NCBI GenBank assembly: GCA_965112155.1
Contig: OZ218099.1
Direction: 5' to 3' (one strand)
Source: Podarcis liolepis
Taxonomy: Eukaryota
Length of the DNA: 64,000 nt
The notes beneath the pieces are model-generated. The model was given only the letters and a program-made list of their open reading frames with translations, was not told the DNA's origin and made no database searches. Shown here in pieces: positions 38,930 through 53,400 of the stretch (its first letter is position 1; the number at the start of each line of letters is the position of its first letter). The translations under genes were made by a program, and so were the position numbers.

Positions 38930-41900
38930 TAAGTATTTTTTAAAATTTACTTACAATCACTTTAAACGGTCATGAAGTACCACAAAATTATGTACATTCA
39001 TTTACAGGAAAAAAACAAGCAAAATAATCCATTTAAAATATTTTAACCCTTTAACTGATACATCTATCCAGTAAAGGAGGATCTTCAATAGGCATATTTT
39101 ATGTGCATATTTCTCCATTTTTGAATTTTACCCTCAGTTCACACATATAATTTATATATATTAAATCAAAGAAAAATACAGCAAGCAGAAGGAACAACAC
39201 AATATACATCTTTAATTTTTTTTTAAAAAAAGAAAGAACAAAGCAGGGAAAGTGCATGTTCAATGATTTATTACAACAAAACAGATCTACATATATGCTG
39301 GCAGTACCTGCCCTAGAAGGCTCTTTCAAGAGATTTCTGATTGTCTATAAACACTAACAGAACTGGTTCAGAGGTCAATGGAAAAATCTGTGTGCAGTCC
39401 TGTATGAGAGTGGACTGGGTGATTAGGTAACAGCAGCAGAAGCTGACAAACATGAAGCCTCTGTGATATACAGATAGTACTTAAGGTTTCTTAGGAGTTG
39501 CAGTTAAAGGAGTAAGTTCTTCACATATTTTTTTAAAAAAAATCACTTCAACTCATTACTTGAAGTTCCAAAGTTCTGGTAAATCCAGTTTCCACACTCC
39601 TGAAATTTAAGACAACAAGCCAGTGGAACATTTCATTTCATTCTAGAGTCTGGAGGAAGTAATGTGCTGCATTCCATGGTTCAATCTTGATTTTATTCTT
39701 TTAAGTAATTTAATCTGGTCAGCAGCAGTGCAATAATTAGGTCGAACTTCTAACAAGCAAGTAACTAATATAAATAACTGCTGTACTTCTAGTGTCTCCA
39801 ATTTTGATCCTTTTCAAAAAGGAATTCACACTAGCAAGGTTCACTACAGATCCCATCAGCTACTAATCCAGACTGCAGTGGGTTAGCTTACTGCATACAC
39901 AGGGATCCAGAGATCTACCCATGAAAGGTGCAGGGCAGAAGGAGACTTCCTTTCTTTCTGCGAAAAAAAAATGGGCAGACACACCTGTAATGGTAGCATC
40001 TGCTTGGAGCATCTTTTTTTCTATTATTCTATTACTTCCCCTTTCAGCACATCATACCCCAATTCTGCAGCATTCCTAGTACCTTTTCAATGGGGCTCCT
40101 CTGGAGAGAAGAGGGGTGGGAAAGTTACTCCCACCTACCCGCTTTTGGGTTTGGATCTATGGTTTATATAATGGATTATATAATGAGCTTTTAAAATTGC
40201 ATGCTCAAACCCCATTCTAGCCTCATGGTTAAAAGGCTACCTTTGACAACAAAGTTCATATATGAATGATTTAGGGAAAGTTAATACCAGCGTGAGTTCT
40301 CAGCACACAGTCAAATTTACACTCATGAGGTTTTCAGGCAAGTCCCTTTGTGCTTAGCAAATCTTGGTGTTTCAGATACTACTTTCACAGTAGACAAAAT
40401 CTTAGGCAAAACTGAAAATCACAACAAAAGCCTTATTTAAAACATTGTTTTACTTTTGGCAACACTCTGGTATGAATTCATAAAGCTTCACAATGTGTGC
40501 AGAAAGAAAGCGGCTGATGTGAAGATGTGCACTGCCTAGGTAATCTGGCATGCAAAATTCTCCAACAAGACAAAATTTTGAGCTGATTAGGCTTTGGCTA
40601 GTAATACGTAAAAAGTATCTGCAAATCAGACAAAAAGTGTGTGCTCATTTCACTCAAGGGTAGAGTCATCCAATGAGAATGGAGGAGGGGGAAGAGAAGG
40701 GTCTCTGGCAGCAGCACTGCCAGATGCCAAGCCCTGCTGGTCTCACTAGAATCAGATGCTCCAGGACCATACTGCATCCAAGGGGTGTGTTGGGAGAACA
40801 GGAGGACCTTGGATCCTGATCCATCCCGTTTCCCCCTGATGCTGAAGCACCAATGGTAGAGGGGCAAAGATGCCAGTCCTACCTGTGGCAACTGGTAGAG
40901 GGGTTCCGAATGCTGACTTCCTTCTTAGCCTGTAGATAGGGAGGCCTGCAAAATCCTTAGCTCCTGGTATTGTACCCTAATTGACACACTGCTATAGATT
41001 TAGTATTCAACTTATTCTACCTTACTGTAAAGCATTCGTGGCTAACCTCTGTGTCCAGGTGTCTCACCAGCTCCATCAAGGCGATTTTATGGCAGTGGCA
41101 GAAAAAAGGGAAACATTTATAAATTAGACACATTGATGGAATGGCTGTGGAGGTTTGAGAGTTTGCCCTTTGTGCTTGCATGCAGATTTGTGCAAGACAG
41201 CATGGGGTGGCCACACCCAGCATAGGCATGCTAGATAGATCAAGGGTAGCTAAAAACCCACCTCTGGTTAGTCCTTTCAGAGGTGGGTTTGTGAAAGGAC
41301 TAACAAGGTTTCCATTATCTTAACAGGATTGGCAGTTGCATGGCAGGTACATAAATTTTAAAGCACTGTCATTCCCCACCCCAACCCTTGTCTCTTTCAG
41401 AGTCTAGAATAAGCCCTTCATGGCACAGGCTTCCCACCTCCTTTCAAGTTTCTAGCATTATAGAAGTAGTAGCTATGCCAAGTAAAATTAGACCAGAACT
41501 TTCTCAACTATCTCACGTTTTATTAGATAGCTGTGCCAGTTAACAGGATGCACCTTAGAACCTTTGAGTGTAAACCAAAATTATGTACTGAATTTCTTTT
41601 GACAATAGATTTATAAGCTGCTGTTTCCCACCCCCAAAAGCCAATCAAGTGGAAAACCTATGTTGTTTAATAAGAGTACCTATAAATTTATTTTCATGTA
41701 GTCATTGTATAGCAACTAGCCCCCAGAGATCTAACAATTATGTTTATCTTTTCTCACTGTCTGCTTTGGACACATGTACTTTATCCTAGTAAGAATGTCA
41801 TTAGCATAGTTAAAATACACAATGCTATCTAACTTTTCAGACTCTCTCCCACTCTACTACAGTAGCACAAGAAGCTTTTGAAGTTTTAACAGCATTAAGT

Positions 41901-44326
41901 CAGATAAGCTTCCAATTGAACTGATTTGGGCAGTAAATGGAAAAAAATGAAGGGTTTGTAGATGAGGTTACATTTCCCTAAAGTTGGAAAATATTCCAGG
42001 GCTACTTAAGGGATGAATGCTTTGCAGACTGCTTCAAATTCAGCCCACAAGATATGCTTGAATTGGCTCAAGAAATGAAGTATACAACTACTCATGTGTT
42101 GCATAGAAATGACTTAAAGTAACAAACAATGGAAAGCATCTCTCTTTCTGACAGCCCCTAAATGGATCCCACTGGGATCAAACACCTAAAGTAGGGCAGA
42201 AATATTAGCTTATAAATATATCACAGATAGCCAGCACCTACTCCATTGGCTTCTGAAACGCAAGTTGGCTTATTTACAGCAATGCATGGAGTATGAAAGT
42301 TTTACTTTAAAAACTCTGAAAATCTCAAGACATACAAGATTTGTACATATGCCATTCTTTTGATTTTTGATTCCCCCCCCCCCAGAAGGTACCCAATAGT
42401 TACCTTTTTAATAAAGCAAAAGATGCACTGAAGCTGGATAATGAAAAAACCTGGATCCACCCCACCCGCCCAGTGCCAGAGAGAGGCATTCAAACCAACA
42501 CATACAAGTGCATTTCTCATAAATAAATGGACCAGTTGAATAGCACTCATTTCAATATATAAATGTAATTGCAAACTTGGTCCATATGCTCATTTACACA
42601 GCATTTAATGTACTAAACCTACTTTGGTTGAAACCTGAAGTATGAAAGCTCTGAGTAATCATTCACTGCATCCATACTCTTATCTAGGGTCTCATAAAGC
42701 TAGGAAGGTTATTCGTTTCTTTTAAGACACCATACAACCCTCTTCCTAAACAGCACTCATATATATCCTGGAACGTGACTCTGCAGGAAGACAATGTTTC
42801 AAACTGTGAAGATCAAAAAGATCCAGTGACGCGGATATACTTCAAATTTAACAGATACATATAATGGGTGCAGAAGCCCATTTGGTGCATGGCTGGGATC
42901 TCAACGAAGCTGGATTCACTCTGCAGAAATCAAAACCTGTAATTGTTCAGCAATGTGCACCAACAGTTAGTTGTTGCAGTTGTGGGAAGTTGCTGTATAG
43001 ATAAGCATTAGCTAGCACATTATTAAGTTGACCATAGTTGAATTGCCTCTACATAAACCCACAAAGTTATGTAGAGAACTATGGACCCCATCTCTTAAGG
43101 TGTACACACAGTACAGGCTGCATGAACTGTCCAACAAAAAGGACATCACAAATCATTTCTGTTATATACTTAAGATAGAAGAGGGAAGACGACATTTCAC
43201 CCATGCATTTACAAAACAACTACAATTTTCTGGAGAAACCCTTTAAACATTGGAGAATTGATAGGAGCTCAACATTTCTGTCCGTTCTTCCTCTACAGAT
43301 ACAAGGTCAATTTCCAAAAACAAATGAGAATATGAGAAGACTTAATCCCAATCTCATACCATGCAATATTCTAGTAAATATTTTCAAAAAGAGAAATTAT
43401 ACTAAAGTGTCAATATTTCTGTGCAGCTTTCAGTAAAAAATAAAAAGTAATAAAAAATTAGGTTGCAGCTTATCTGTAAAGCAGAGCCATATGTTAACAT
43501 TCAAACTTCCTGTTCTACAATTCCCAAAACTTGTCCTCTCTGTGCCTTGACCAGCAGCATGGCAGGCAGAAATTCTGTCAAGCACAAACTTCACCACCAC
43601 TCCCTCTCCATGACAAACAGCTCTAACTTTTTAGATCTGTGACTTTCAGATAACTTTTGGAGGCCCAGGACCTATGTCAGGTGAAAAAATGTTGGCATTC
43701 CTATTTTGACTGCAGAAAAGCACATGTTGCATAGCCATATATGACCTTCCCCGAAAAAAGTAATTCCCTCATAGCTTTCCCCCCCCAGGCTGTAGAGGTA
43801 GAAAGCAAGTTCCAAAATAAAAATCACAAACAAAAAACATCTGGCTGCACTTCAGTTTTCAAGCTTTTGGCCACACCACTTATCTTGGCAATCAGCGATA
43901 TTAATGTTAAAAAAATTATGTTTAAGACAAAGAAAATGAAGTAGTTCTGCAAATGGCAAGGAGATTTCCATCAATCGGCATTCCCTTCCATGTGCTGCCA
44001 AGTCTGTCCATTTCAGACCAGAACTACAGGAAATTTTTCTCCCCTTAGAGGAGAGATTACAACCACCTTTATTCATCAAAAAAGTCCTGATGTACAGAAC
44101 AAGCGACTACTACATTCTTAAGCCAATAGACAGCTGTGAAAATAGCTGGGATTGCATTAATGTTTTGCTCCAAGTATTTCCCCCCCTTCCCTCAAAGTGC
44201 AAGACTGCAAATGCCAGTTTATAAGCAGTTTCCGTCTGACCTTCCTTGCCTCACCCTGTTGAAGGAAGAGTAGGATGCTGCAGTTGTGCTTTAAAAATTC
44301 ATTTTCCAACTTATCACCCCCTCCCT
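38930..44326 (-). other. SFMBT1: Putative long SFMBT1 3'UTR (end uncertain)
   Basis: Repeat-poor AU-rich region after the stop codon. Candidate signals: AATAAA near 44068, 41687, 41519 and 39692; AGTAAA at 38946-38951. Confidence 0.45.
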
Positions 44327-44467
44327 TTAGTTAGCAAACTGTTGGTAGAAGGCAAATTTAACCCTTTCAATGTGATGGCAAAGTTTAATGGCTGGGCCAA
44401 GTTTCAAGTCCATACACTCCTGAACAGTGGGAAGAGTTAGCAGGAGAAGCGCCTGTCCATCTATTTC
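44327..44467 (-). CDS. SFMBT1: SFMBT1 last coding exon (SAM C-half, stop)
   Basis: [46 protein letters not shown]. Confidence 0.97.
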   Translation of the reverse strand, partial: EIDGQALLLLTLPTVQECMDLKLGPAIKLCHHIERVKFAFYQQFAN

Positions 44468-47400
44468 CTGTTGAGAGACAGAGAGAGAACAGGGTTCAGA
44501 ACTGATGCAAAAAATGCCATTAAGATGCATTAAATGGTCTGATTGAAAGCTAACAAATCAAATGGGAATACATTCCTCGACAAAGTATAAGGATGCAAAA
44601 AAGCCAAACTATTTGCAATGCTAGAAAGTTATTGAGACAAAGACTAGAGATTTCATGTGCTCAGTTAACAATTGCCAACAGTAAAACAATAGAATACCTG
44701 ATCCAGAAATATTCTAGCTAATGGGGCACAGTCTGTAGATTTGAGGAACCGCACAACATCAGCTACACTCCACTCCAGAGGGTTGCTTTCCAGCTGCAGC
44801 TTTTCTCCAACGTCTATCTTTATTTCCTATCCCACAAGTCCCAAAACAAAGCAAAAATATTACATTTGCCCTGCTCAAGCATATTTACTCTTTTCGTATA
44901 TTCCCACCAATTCCACCCGAGTTATCTCCTGAAAAGAGCCACAGATCATGACATTTTGGATTCTCGGTTTTAGGGATTTTGTGTGTGTGCTGATCAAATT
45001 TAATTCATAAGGTGTGAACTATGTACTCATGAACAGAATCCACAAACCATTCTCTCTCTCTCTGCCCCACCCCCAAGTTGTACATTCTTGATACTGCAGC
45101 AAAAAAATGTTGACAGGGCAGCACTTGGAGGGGAAATGCCCAAATCCCAGCAACTAGATGAGATCTATACATGGAGCTTCTAGCAAGAACAGGTGGGATG
45201 TGTATACAGTCATACCTCAGAAGTCGAATGCCTCGTGACTCGAATGTTTTGGCTCCCGAATGTCGCAAACCTGGAAGTATGTTCCGGTTTGCAAACGTTG
45301 TTTGGAACCCGAACATCTGATGCGGCTTCCGATTTGCTGCAGGAGTGCCTTGGTTTCCAAACGTTTTGGAAGTCAAACGGACTTCCGGAACGGATTCCGT
45401 TCAACTTCCGAGGTACAACTGTCTATTTTTAATAATAATAATTTATTACCCCACCCATCTGGCTGGATTTCCTCACCCTAATCACTGCAGTGTTGCTGTT
45501 GTGGTGAGTTAGGTATGCAATAGGTTGCAATAAGTGCAAATTATATGCAAGTTTATATGCTAAATTATACAATAGGTTAAATTGTGTATATGCATTTAAC
45601 TGATTGTTGCTATTTCAGTAGAGAGTTCATGCTCTGGATGCGTGATATACCAGGAAGGAGATTTTGAGTCTTCCCTAGTGTCCTGGGACGGAAATTTCTA
45701 CTGATGCAACTTCCTTCCCCAGGGCAGCAAGAGAAGGGGTAAACCTATCATCCCTGCACTCTCCCAATCTATATTCTGGAATTGTTATTTAAATAACAAG
45801 TATCAGAAATGTATATCATTAGAATGCAGGGAAATGGATTATTTTGCTTCTAAAGAAAACCTCAAAACTGCTCTTAATCCTTCCTTAACAGGGTCTGTTT
45901 CTTCTTTGCTAGGTCACAAGTCAGTACAAATATTTCCTCACCTGCTTATTGGAGCAATTATTTTGCCCCTTTTGATTTTAGTACTAGGTAGACCTGACAA
46001 ATATGAGCATTTATTTCCATTTAATAACATTTAATGACCTTGGGTTGCATCCAGCTAAACCATTGTGCACACGGAAAGACTTCTGTGAGCTCAACCTTCC
46101 CTTCCTCTCCTCCCCCTCTGCACACCCCATATCTGCTCTGGGGATTCCCAGAGATTTAGTTAGAGACAACCCCTGATAAACAAAATCTCTCTTTCTGAAC
46201 GCTAGATGCTCGCTGCTAAGGTATTCTTTAAGAATTTTTCCAAGACCTACCTTTGGTGAAGGAGGCTTATTTTCATCATCTGAGAAAGAAAAGGCGCGTA
46301 GTTTCCTTTTCCGTTTGTCCCGGTCCTGAGCTCCAAAATGGGATCGCTCGCTCTGTGTGGGGGAGGATGACCGCGATTTCTTTTCTGACACTTCAGACTC
46401 TTCAAGCAGTTCCTCCTGGTGCTCAGAGGTGCTGTCTTCCGTAAGGGACTCTTCATCTATGTCATCCTGATCATCATCCTCTTCACCCCCACTGCCCTGA
46501 AATGGTATGGAAAGGAGACGGGGAGACTCAGAGGTAGACAGTGAAGACTGTGTGTAGCAAAATACCCAAAAACCCATTTATCTAATACCTATGGAACACA
46601 GAGTGCATTAAATAAATTGTATGCGTTATCATACCTGGGGTGAGCCAGCAGGTGTGTTATCTACAGAGGTAGAAGAGCGTTTCTTCTTATGAACAAAGAA
46701 GTTTTTCCGTTTCTTTCTTTTCCTGCTTGCCTTCTTCATGCTTGTCTCTGTGTTGCTGTGGATACCTGGTGGACGGCCAATCCTTTTGTTTCTTCGCTTC
46801 CCATAATAATGGGCTATGAGAAATTAATAGAAAAAGGATTCTTACTGTGAAATGTCAGGATGATTCATCTTTTGCTAGCCCTACATGTATCAAGAGTGCC
46901 TCTAAAATCTCCTTTTATCACCATGTTTTATTTATGATATTTATGCACCACCAACAGGGGATAAATGATGTCCATCTATATGACCTATTGTTGCTGTTTG
47001 ATACCTATGGGTATGTGCCTTAGAAGAAAGATGACATATTCTGCGGTACATAAATTAAACTTGTACTGGCTACTGGAATCTAGTAACCCAACAAACAGCA
47101 CAATGATTCAAAGGGTTGGAGTGGCAACAATTTTGCACATCAAACTGCTCTACAACCATCAAGGGTCTAGTTTCTCAACATATTAAGTGGTGACCAACCT
47201 GCAAATGAATCCCGCCCAACACACACACAAAAATATATCAGCATTGCTTCCCATGGGGCTGTCAATAGCTTCCCAGAGGGTAGTTTAGTTTTAATTTCAA
47301 ATCCCACATGGCTCCTTCAAATGAAGATAGAAAGGTCAGGAAAGGGGATGTAATAGGTAGGTTTGTCCTGAGACCAATAGGAACCCCAGTACAATCACAG

Positions 47401-50400
47401 GTTGGGTTTACTAATACAGCACGAGTTTTCTGCACTGCTAAACTAACTGTAGAAGGACTCAATGGACACTTTTTGACCCAGGGCAAGATGAAATGTTGAT
47501 GATATGGTCACAGTACAGTGGTGCTTTGAGCATATATAACTAAGATGAGCATGAACAGCAGCTTTAAGGAAATTGCATTTACTGGAAGTTGTGCTTTGCA
47601 GCCACTGACCTACACTGTAGAATAGCGCAGTAGTGAATCAGAAAATTCCCTTGTAGGGCCAACCACCACAATTACTCACTGTATTTGGTTTTTGTCAGAA
47701 CAGAGCAGTTCTCTGAACACTTGTCTAGCACCATTTGGGGGCCAAAGAGATTTGGACAACATTCAAGTTTGATACAGGTCTGCCTGCAAAACTCTGCGAC
47801 TCGATCAGCCGTTCTTACAACTTCCACTGTGGCACGGTAGCTCTTTCCTTTATACCTGAAGCAAGGAGGAAAACAACAACAACATGTGATTTGATCGTCA
47901 TTTTTACAAAGACAATATTCTGGATGCCATGGAATTTTTTATGTTTACAGACAACATTTTAGGGTGAGGAAATGTTGTGCATCACCATTCTCAAACCAAG
48001 ACACATTCCTACTGTACTGGTTATGGTGCCTGGACCAAATGCTACTATAGGAGCATCTCAAACACCAAAGGGTCCTAGAACACGGCTGCATGTATTCCAC
48101 CAGGGAGAAAAGACGAACTTCCTCCTTTACAGAGCAGTGGTCACATTCATTAGAGTCATGACAGCCAGGTAAGGGTGTTTGGGAATGTAAGGCAGCAACT
48201 GCAGGCAAGCTCATGGTGTTAGCATTACAAAGGCCGAGAAATCCTTCCTTGGCGATGTCTAATTTGGCCTAAGAGCAAAGGACCAACACACACTACAGAA
48301 CAGAGTCCATTTACTTTGCTTTCAGGGTCTCTCCGTATCCATGCCATGCAGCTTCCTCATCCAGCTGTATTTCTCTAAGGACACGGCTAGGTTTATAGGC
48401 AGCATTGATCAGCAAAGAAAGAACCTGAAAATGGAAATGAGGAGAGAGTGTTATGAAAGCAGTAGGCAAGTAAATTTCTTTTAACGTGTTAATATGACTT
48501 AGTAGATAAGTTCTATTCATCTGAGTTAGCAACTTGAGAGACTGAGCATTAAACTAAAATGTATCAGCATAATATGTTTAGAAAGGACAGTACCTGTGAA
48601 CCAAAAACAGACAAGTAAGGATTTATCTGACTGCCTAGGATCCCCAATTCAATGTTCAGTATAGCCTAACTATCTTTCCACATTTCCCTCAATGTTGTTC
48701 AGGGTAAAGTACTGTTATCTAACAAATGTTGCTACTTTATTTTATAAAGGTATGCCAAAAATTTGGAGAATACTGCCCCCCTCCGACTTCATTTCTGAGA
48801 TTATTCATTTTCTCCCTCCAGCTTCCTCCACCTCCCAGTCAAGAAAGAGGATTCTTAAGGAAGGATAGATGGAGAATGGCAGAAGAGACACCACTAACAT
48901 ACCAATCAAAGGGAGCTTGGAATAAGGTTTCATAGCATTCCATTCAGGAGGGGATATTTACTACAGGAAGGAGGTAAAGAGGAGTGCTAGGAAGGTTTAT
49001 CACAATGCTAAACAAAGTGGAACAATGAGCTAAAAAGCAGGCACTGGAGGAAACAAAAATGGCAGTATCAAGTTTAACACGTTTACGGGGTGGTCTCATT
49101 TGAAATAAATGCCCAAGGATACATTAAAAATGAGCCAGATTTTGATCAAATACAAGAGGTTTGATAACGAGCTTTGAGCCAACTTGCTTTCAAAGCAAAT
49201 ATTTATCCTTGCATTCAAATATCTGGAAAAATTATTGAGTGATAATTGCTCCATTCAATTTATTCCGAGAAGTAAGACAGCCATATAAGAAACATGCATC
49301 AATTTAATGAGCAAATAACCCAGAATAGTGAAGCACCCTTATTAAAAAGAAACTCATACAAAAAGGATTTTGCATTCTTAGACCATGGATACTGCACAGT
49401 ATCTGACAAAGCTGCCGCTATTAAGAATAACCCATGGCGTTTAACATGCAGCAGAGGTCCCCAGAGGCAACTCCTATAATCTAGAATGTTCTCAAAGGAC
49501 TATAGATTTGTCACAACAGATCAAATGACTGACTCATCAACTCTAATATTCTGTCGTGGACAGTTTCTACTGCTGCTTAGTGACAGGTGTATATTCTCTT
49601 CTCCATAATGCCACTTAGGCATTTCTGTAATACAACAAAAAATACAGAGCCCTACAGATATCTAACTTGCCCTAAAGCCTTTTCATTTGTCACCGGATGT
49701 CCATTCTGGCCTTTCCACTTCAAAAATGCACTCAAGGCAGGGAACACAATACATTAAAAACAAATAGCTTAAAAAAAAGTAAAACACAATGAATTAGACC
49801 AGGGGTAGTCAACCTTTTTATACCCACCGCCCACTAATGCATCTTTCTTGATGGTCAAATTTCCTTACCGCCCACCAGTGCTCGATGGAAGGAGGATTCA
49901 GCTTGTGCCATAGAACCCGCTACCGCCCACCTAGGATCCTGAAACGCCCACTAGTGGGCGGTAGGGACCAGGTTGACAACCCCTGAATTAGACTGTGAAG
50001 AACCATGAGTAAAAAACAAACTCTACACCCTACAAGAATGGCTTATATTTCTGTTGTTCTATCAGGTACTGCATTACAATCAGAAGGAGAATGTATCTGT
50101 CTTTTTGCAGAGGTTTATACCATTATGAGTTTCACCTGTCTTGCTAATGTGAATGGGCCCCTTACAAAAGAACTATAGCATTCTTTGATAGCTGAAAATA
50201 TCAGAGTGACGCCCTCCAGCTAGCTGGAAGGGACAGAAACTTCTTTGCAGCCAGTTTTTTATGCTGAGTATGGGCTTCTCCTTGCAGAACTGGACTCTTG
50301 ATTCACCAGAATATACCACCATGCCCCATGGGTTCCAGATTACCCTAGACAAAACTGTGCTTTCCAAACTTACCAGGAAGCCTCTGGCATACCATGCAAC

Positions 50401-53400
50401 AACACAAGCTGATCACACCACCATCTCTATGACACAGAAGAAACCATCTTGCTACTCTATAGCTGAATTTGTTTCATGAAATGCAGATTGAGAAATCTGG
50501 TTCAGACAAGCCTTCCCCACAGCATGGGTCATTATTTCATGTTTTAGTGATTGAGAATTATGAGAATTATGCTGTGCGACTTAATGTTGCCAAACCCACC
50601 AATATCTTGATTATGATTTCAACTTTCCAACCTAATACATTATTTTATAGGTCTACACTTTTCCATACTTACGTTGAATGCTGCATTAAAGTATTCCTAG
50701 TCTACAATGATACAAAGGGTGTGCTTTGACAGAGAAAGGGAATGAATTGTGCCACAAGTATATAGCCATGTTTTCCAGATGCCCTTACCTCTTTAAGAAC
50801 AAGGACACAGTTTCCTGGTCCCACAGACTGTGGCAGTTCTGCAATTCTACCTTTGTTAAGATATGGCCCTGAGAAGCAGCGATGATTAAAGTAGATCTTT
50901 GGACAGCAGTATTTACCATTGGTTACAACTAGAAAAAATAAGAATAATAATCAGAACACTCTGTGCAAACATGTGCTCTAAATACAGTGAAACCTTGGTT
51001 CCTGGACGGCTTAGTTGCCAAACAAATAGGCTCCGGAACTCCGCAAACCCAGAAGTGTTCTGGTTTACAAACCTTTTTTGGAAACCGAACATCCGATGTG
51101 GCTTCTGTTTGAGTGCAGGAAGCTCCTGCAGCCAATCAGAAGCCGCGCTTTGGTTTTCAAATGGTTTTGGGAGTTGAATGGACTCCCGGAATGAATTAAG
51201 TTCGAGAACCAAGGTACCACTGTACTAGCATTTAGAAAGAATTTAAACTATAAAAATTAAACCAATAAATACAGGGCCCCATCCAACACTGCAGCTCCTT
51301 TGGTGCAACACACTTCCATGCATACAACTGCTCTCCCTCTCCTGTCCCCTCTGATCTCTGTGTGCCTGTAAAATCAACTCAGGGGAGGGGGCTTGAGGGA
51401 CCCTCTGTGTAGATGTTTTCTGGAAGAGCCTGGGCAGAGGAGAGGGAAAGAGAAGTCCCAATGCACCAGTGGAACTACACACACAAAACTCTGGATACAA
51501 TCCAGAGTTTCACATATATGCACATTTATTTTTGACAGCCTCCTGCAACTCACCCAAAGCTGGACCCGAGGGATGAGGGAACTTGCTCAAAATTCAGGGA
51601 GCTCATTTGCACTAGGGCCTTTTCGCTAGCACAAAACCCCTTTGAACAGTACACACAGGTTTGGATCTAGTTCACTAAAACGTGGGCCAGAATCAGCTAT
51701 GTCACAGTGTCACAAAGCCCAATCAAACAGAAAGCAAGGGCTTGTGGCCACTGCCAATACCTGATTTTCTGGGCTCCTCCCTGCCCCAACTCTGTTCTAG
51801 TTTATCCCATTCTGCAGTGACTGGGTGCCCTCAGAGGACCCCTTTGAGAAGCTGCTGGGGGAGCAGAGAGAGGGAAAGTCAACTTCTGCCATGCTGTTAT
51901 GCAGACTTTTTTTGGATACAATTTATTATGTGTTAACACCGAAGCAAAGTTTATGGTTATTTGCTTTAGCGTGCAAAATAAGTTAGCATCCTCCGTGATG
52001 AAAGACAGTTAAAGATATCAATATGCCAATAGTCATTTCATTCCAGCTATGCTTGGACTAAGAGCCGCTTTCTCTTAAAGCCCTAATTCCAGGGGTTTAT
52101 AATTGGCACATATAGAGATTGTATTGTATTGACATAACATCTCTCCATTTAAAAACCAATTAAATCCCAGAATGAGCAGCAGCCACTTCTGCAAAGCTGA
52201 CATTAGGTAGTACCTCAAACACACATTTTGCTGCATTGCAAGTCATGCAGTAAGATTTTAGAGAGTATTAACTGATTTGTTCAGCAGCAGATGCACTTAT
52301 TCAACATTCATCCATTCAACAGTTTAACAAATGATTAGATTTCACCATCTGGCACATATGGAATTCTGCTGTCAAATGGCCTTTTGTCTATAGAGTTGCC
52401 TGAGTTCCCTGCAAAGCAGAACATGGAAACTCACCGCAGAACGGATAAAAGTTCAAAGGAAAAGTAGGAAGTGTTTGTGAGGAAGAGCCTCATCCCAGCA
52501 GGATAGGTCTAGAAAGCTAAGCCCGTGAGGGAAACATGACATGTACACACCACGGCATTTAGCCTCATTCTCCAACTACTATACACACAAAGTCACTTCT
52601 TTCTTACCGGTATCAGCCGAGTTCAGTTCCTGGCTCTTTAGTCCCTCATGGACAGTTCTTGAGGATAATATTCTGACCAAGGAAGAGAGCAAAGCAAAAG
52701 AGAGAGAGAGAGAGAGAGAGAGATGGTAGTATTCATTATTTGGGCTCTTGAGCTCCTCATCCAGTTTGGGCTTTTGTTTTTGTTTCTACAGTAGAAGGGA
52801 CTTGTGCCTCAAGCAAAGGTTTCATATTCATTGTCTCCCTTCCCCCGCTTCTCTTCTCTTGCCCCCTCTGGAATTGCCGTTCCCTCATTCCCTCCTTAGT
52901 GCCCAAGCCCTATTATAATTAAATCAAAGCACACACAATTGGAAAAAAATAACATATTCTTTCCCTGCCCAGCCCTGCACCCATTGTTTCCCTCTGTCTA
53001 TTTTAGACTGTAAACCTCCCAGGGCAGGTCATATCTGTTCTTTATAAAGCGGTATATACACCTAGGTGGCATAACAAACGACATGGGATCCGCCAAGTGA
53101 GTTAAAGAACAGGAGTTTTTAAATTAATGTATTAACTGTGTGTAAAACGGGTGGGGATTCTCAGGCCTTTGATCCTCAGGATTTTCTATAACCTGTGACT
53201 CCTCCTAGGCACCCTCATCACACACCCTGCTGCACACACTCTGCTGGTTGGAATATATCCTTGAACTGGAATAGTGTCCCTTTCTTGCCCAGATAGGGAA
53301 ATAAATGTGCAGAGACCTCTGATTTTTGTGCAGCTGTACAAAAATAAGAGTCACATTCATGGCCTTACCCACCACTGGCATATGGTACTTGGAAGGTTGC

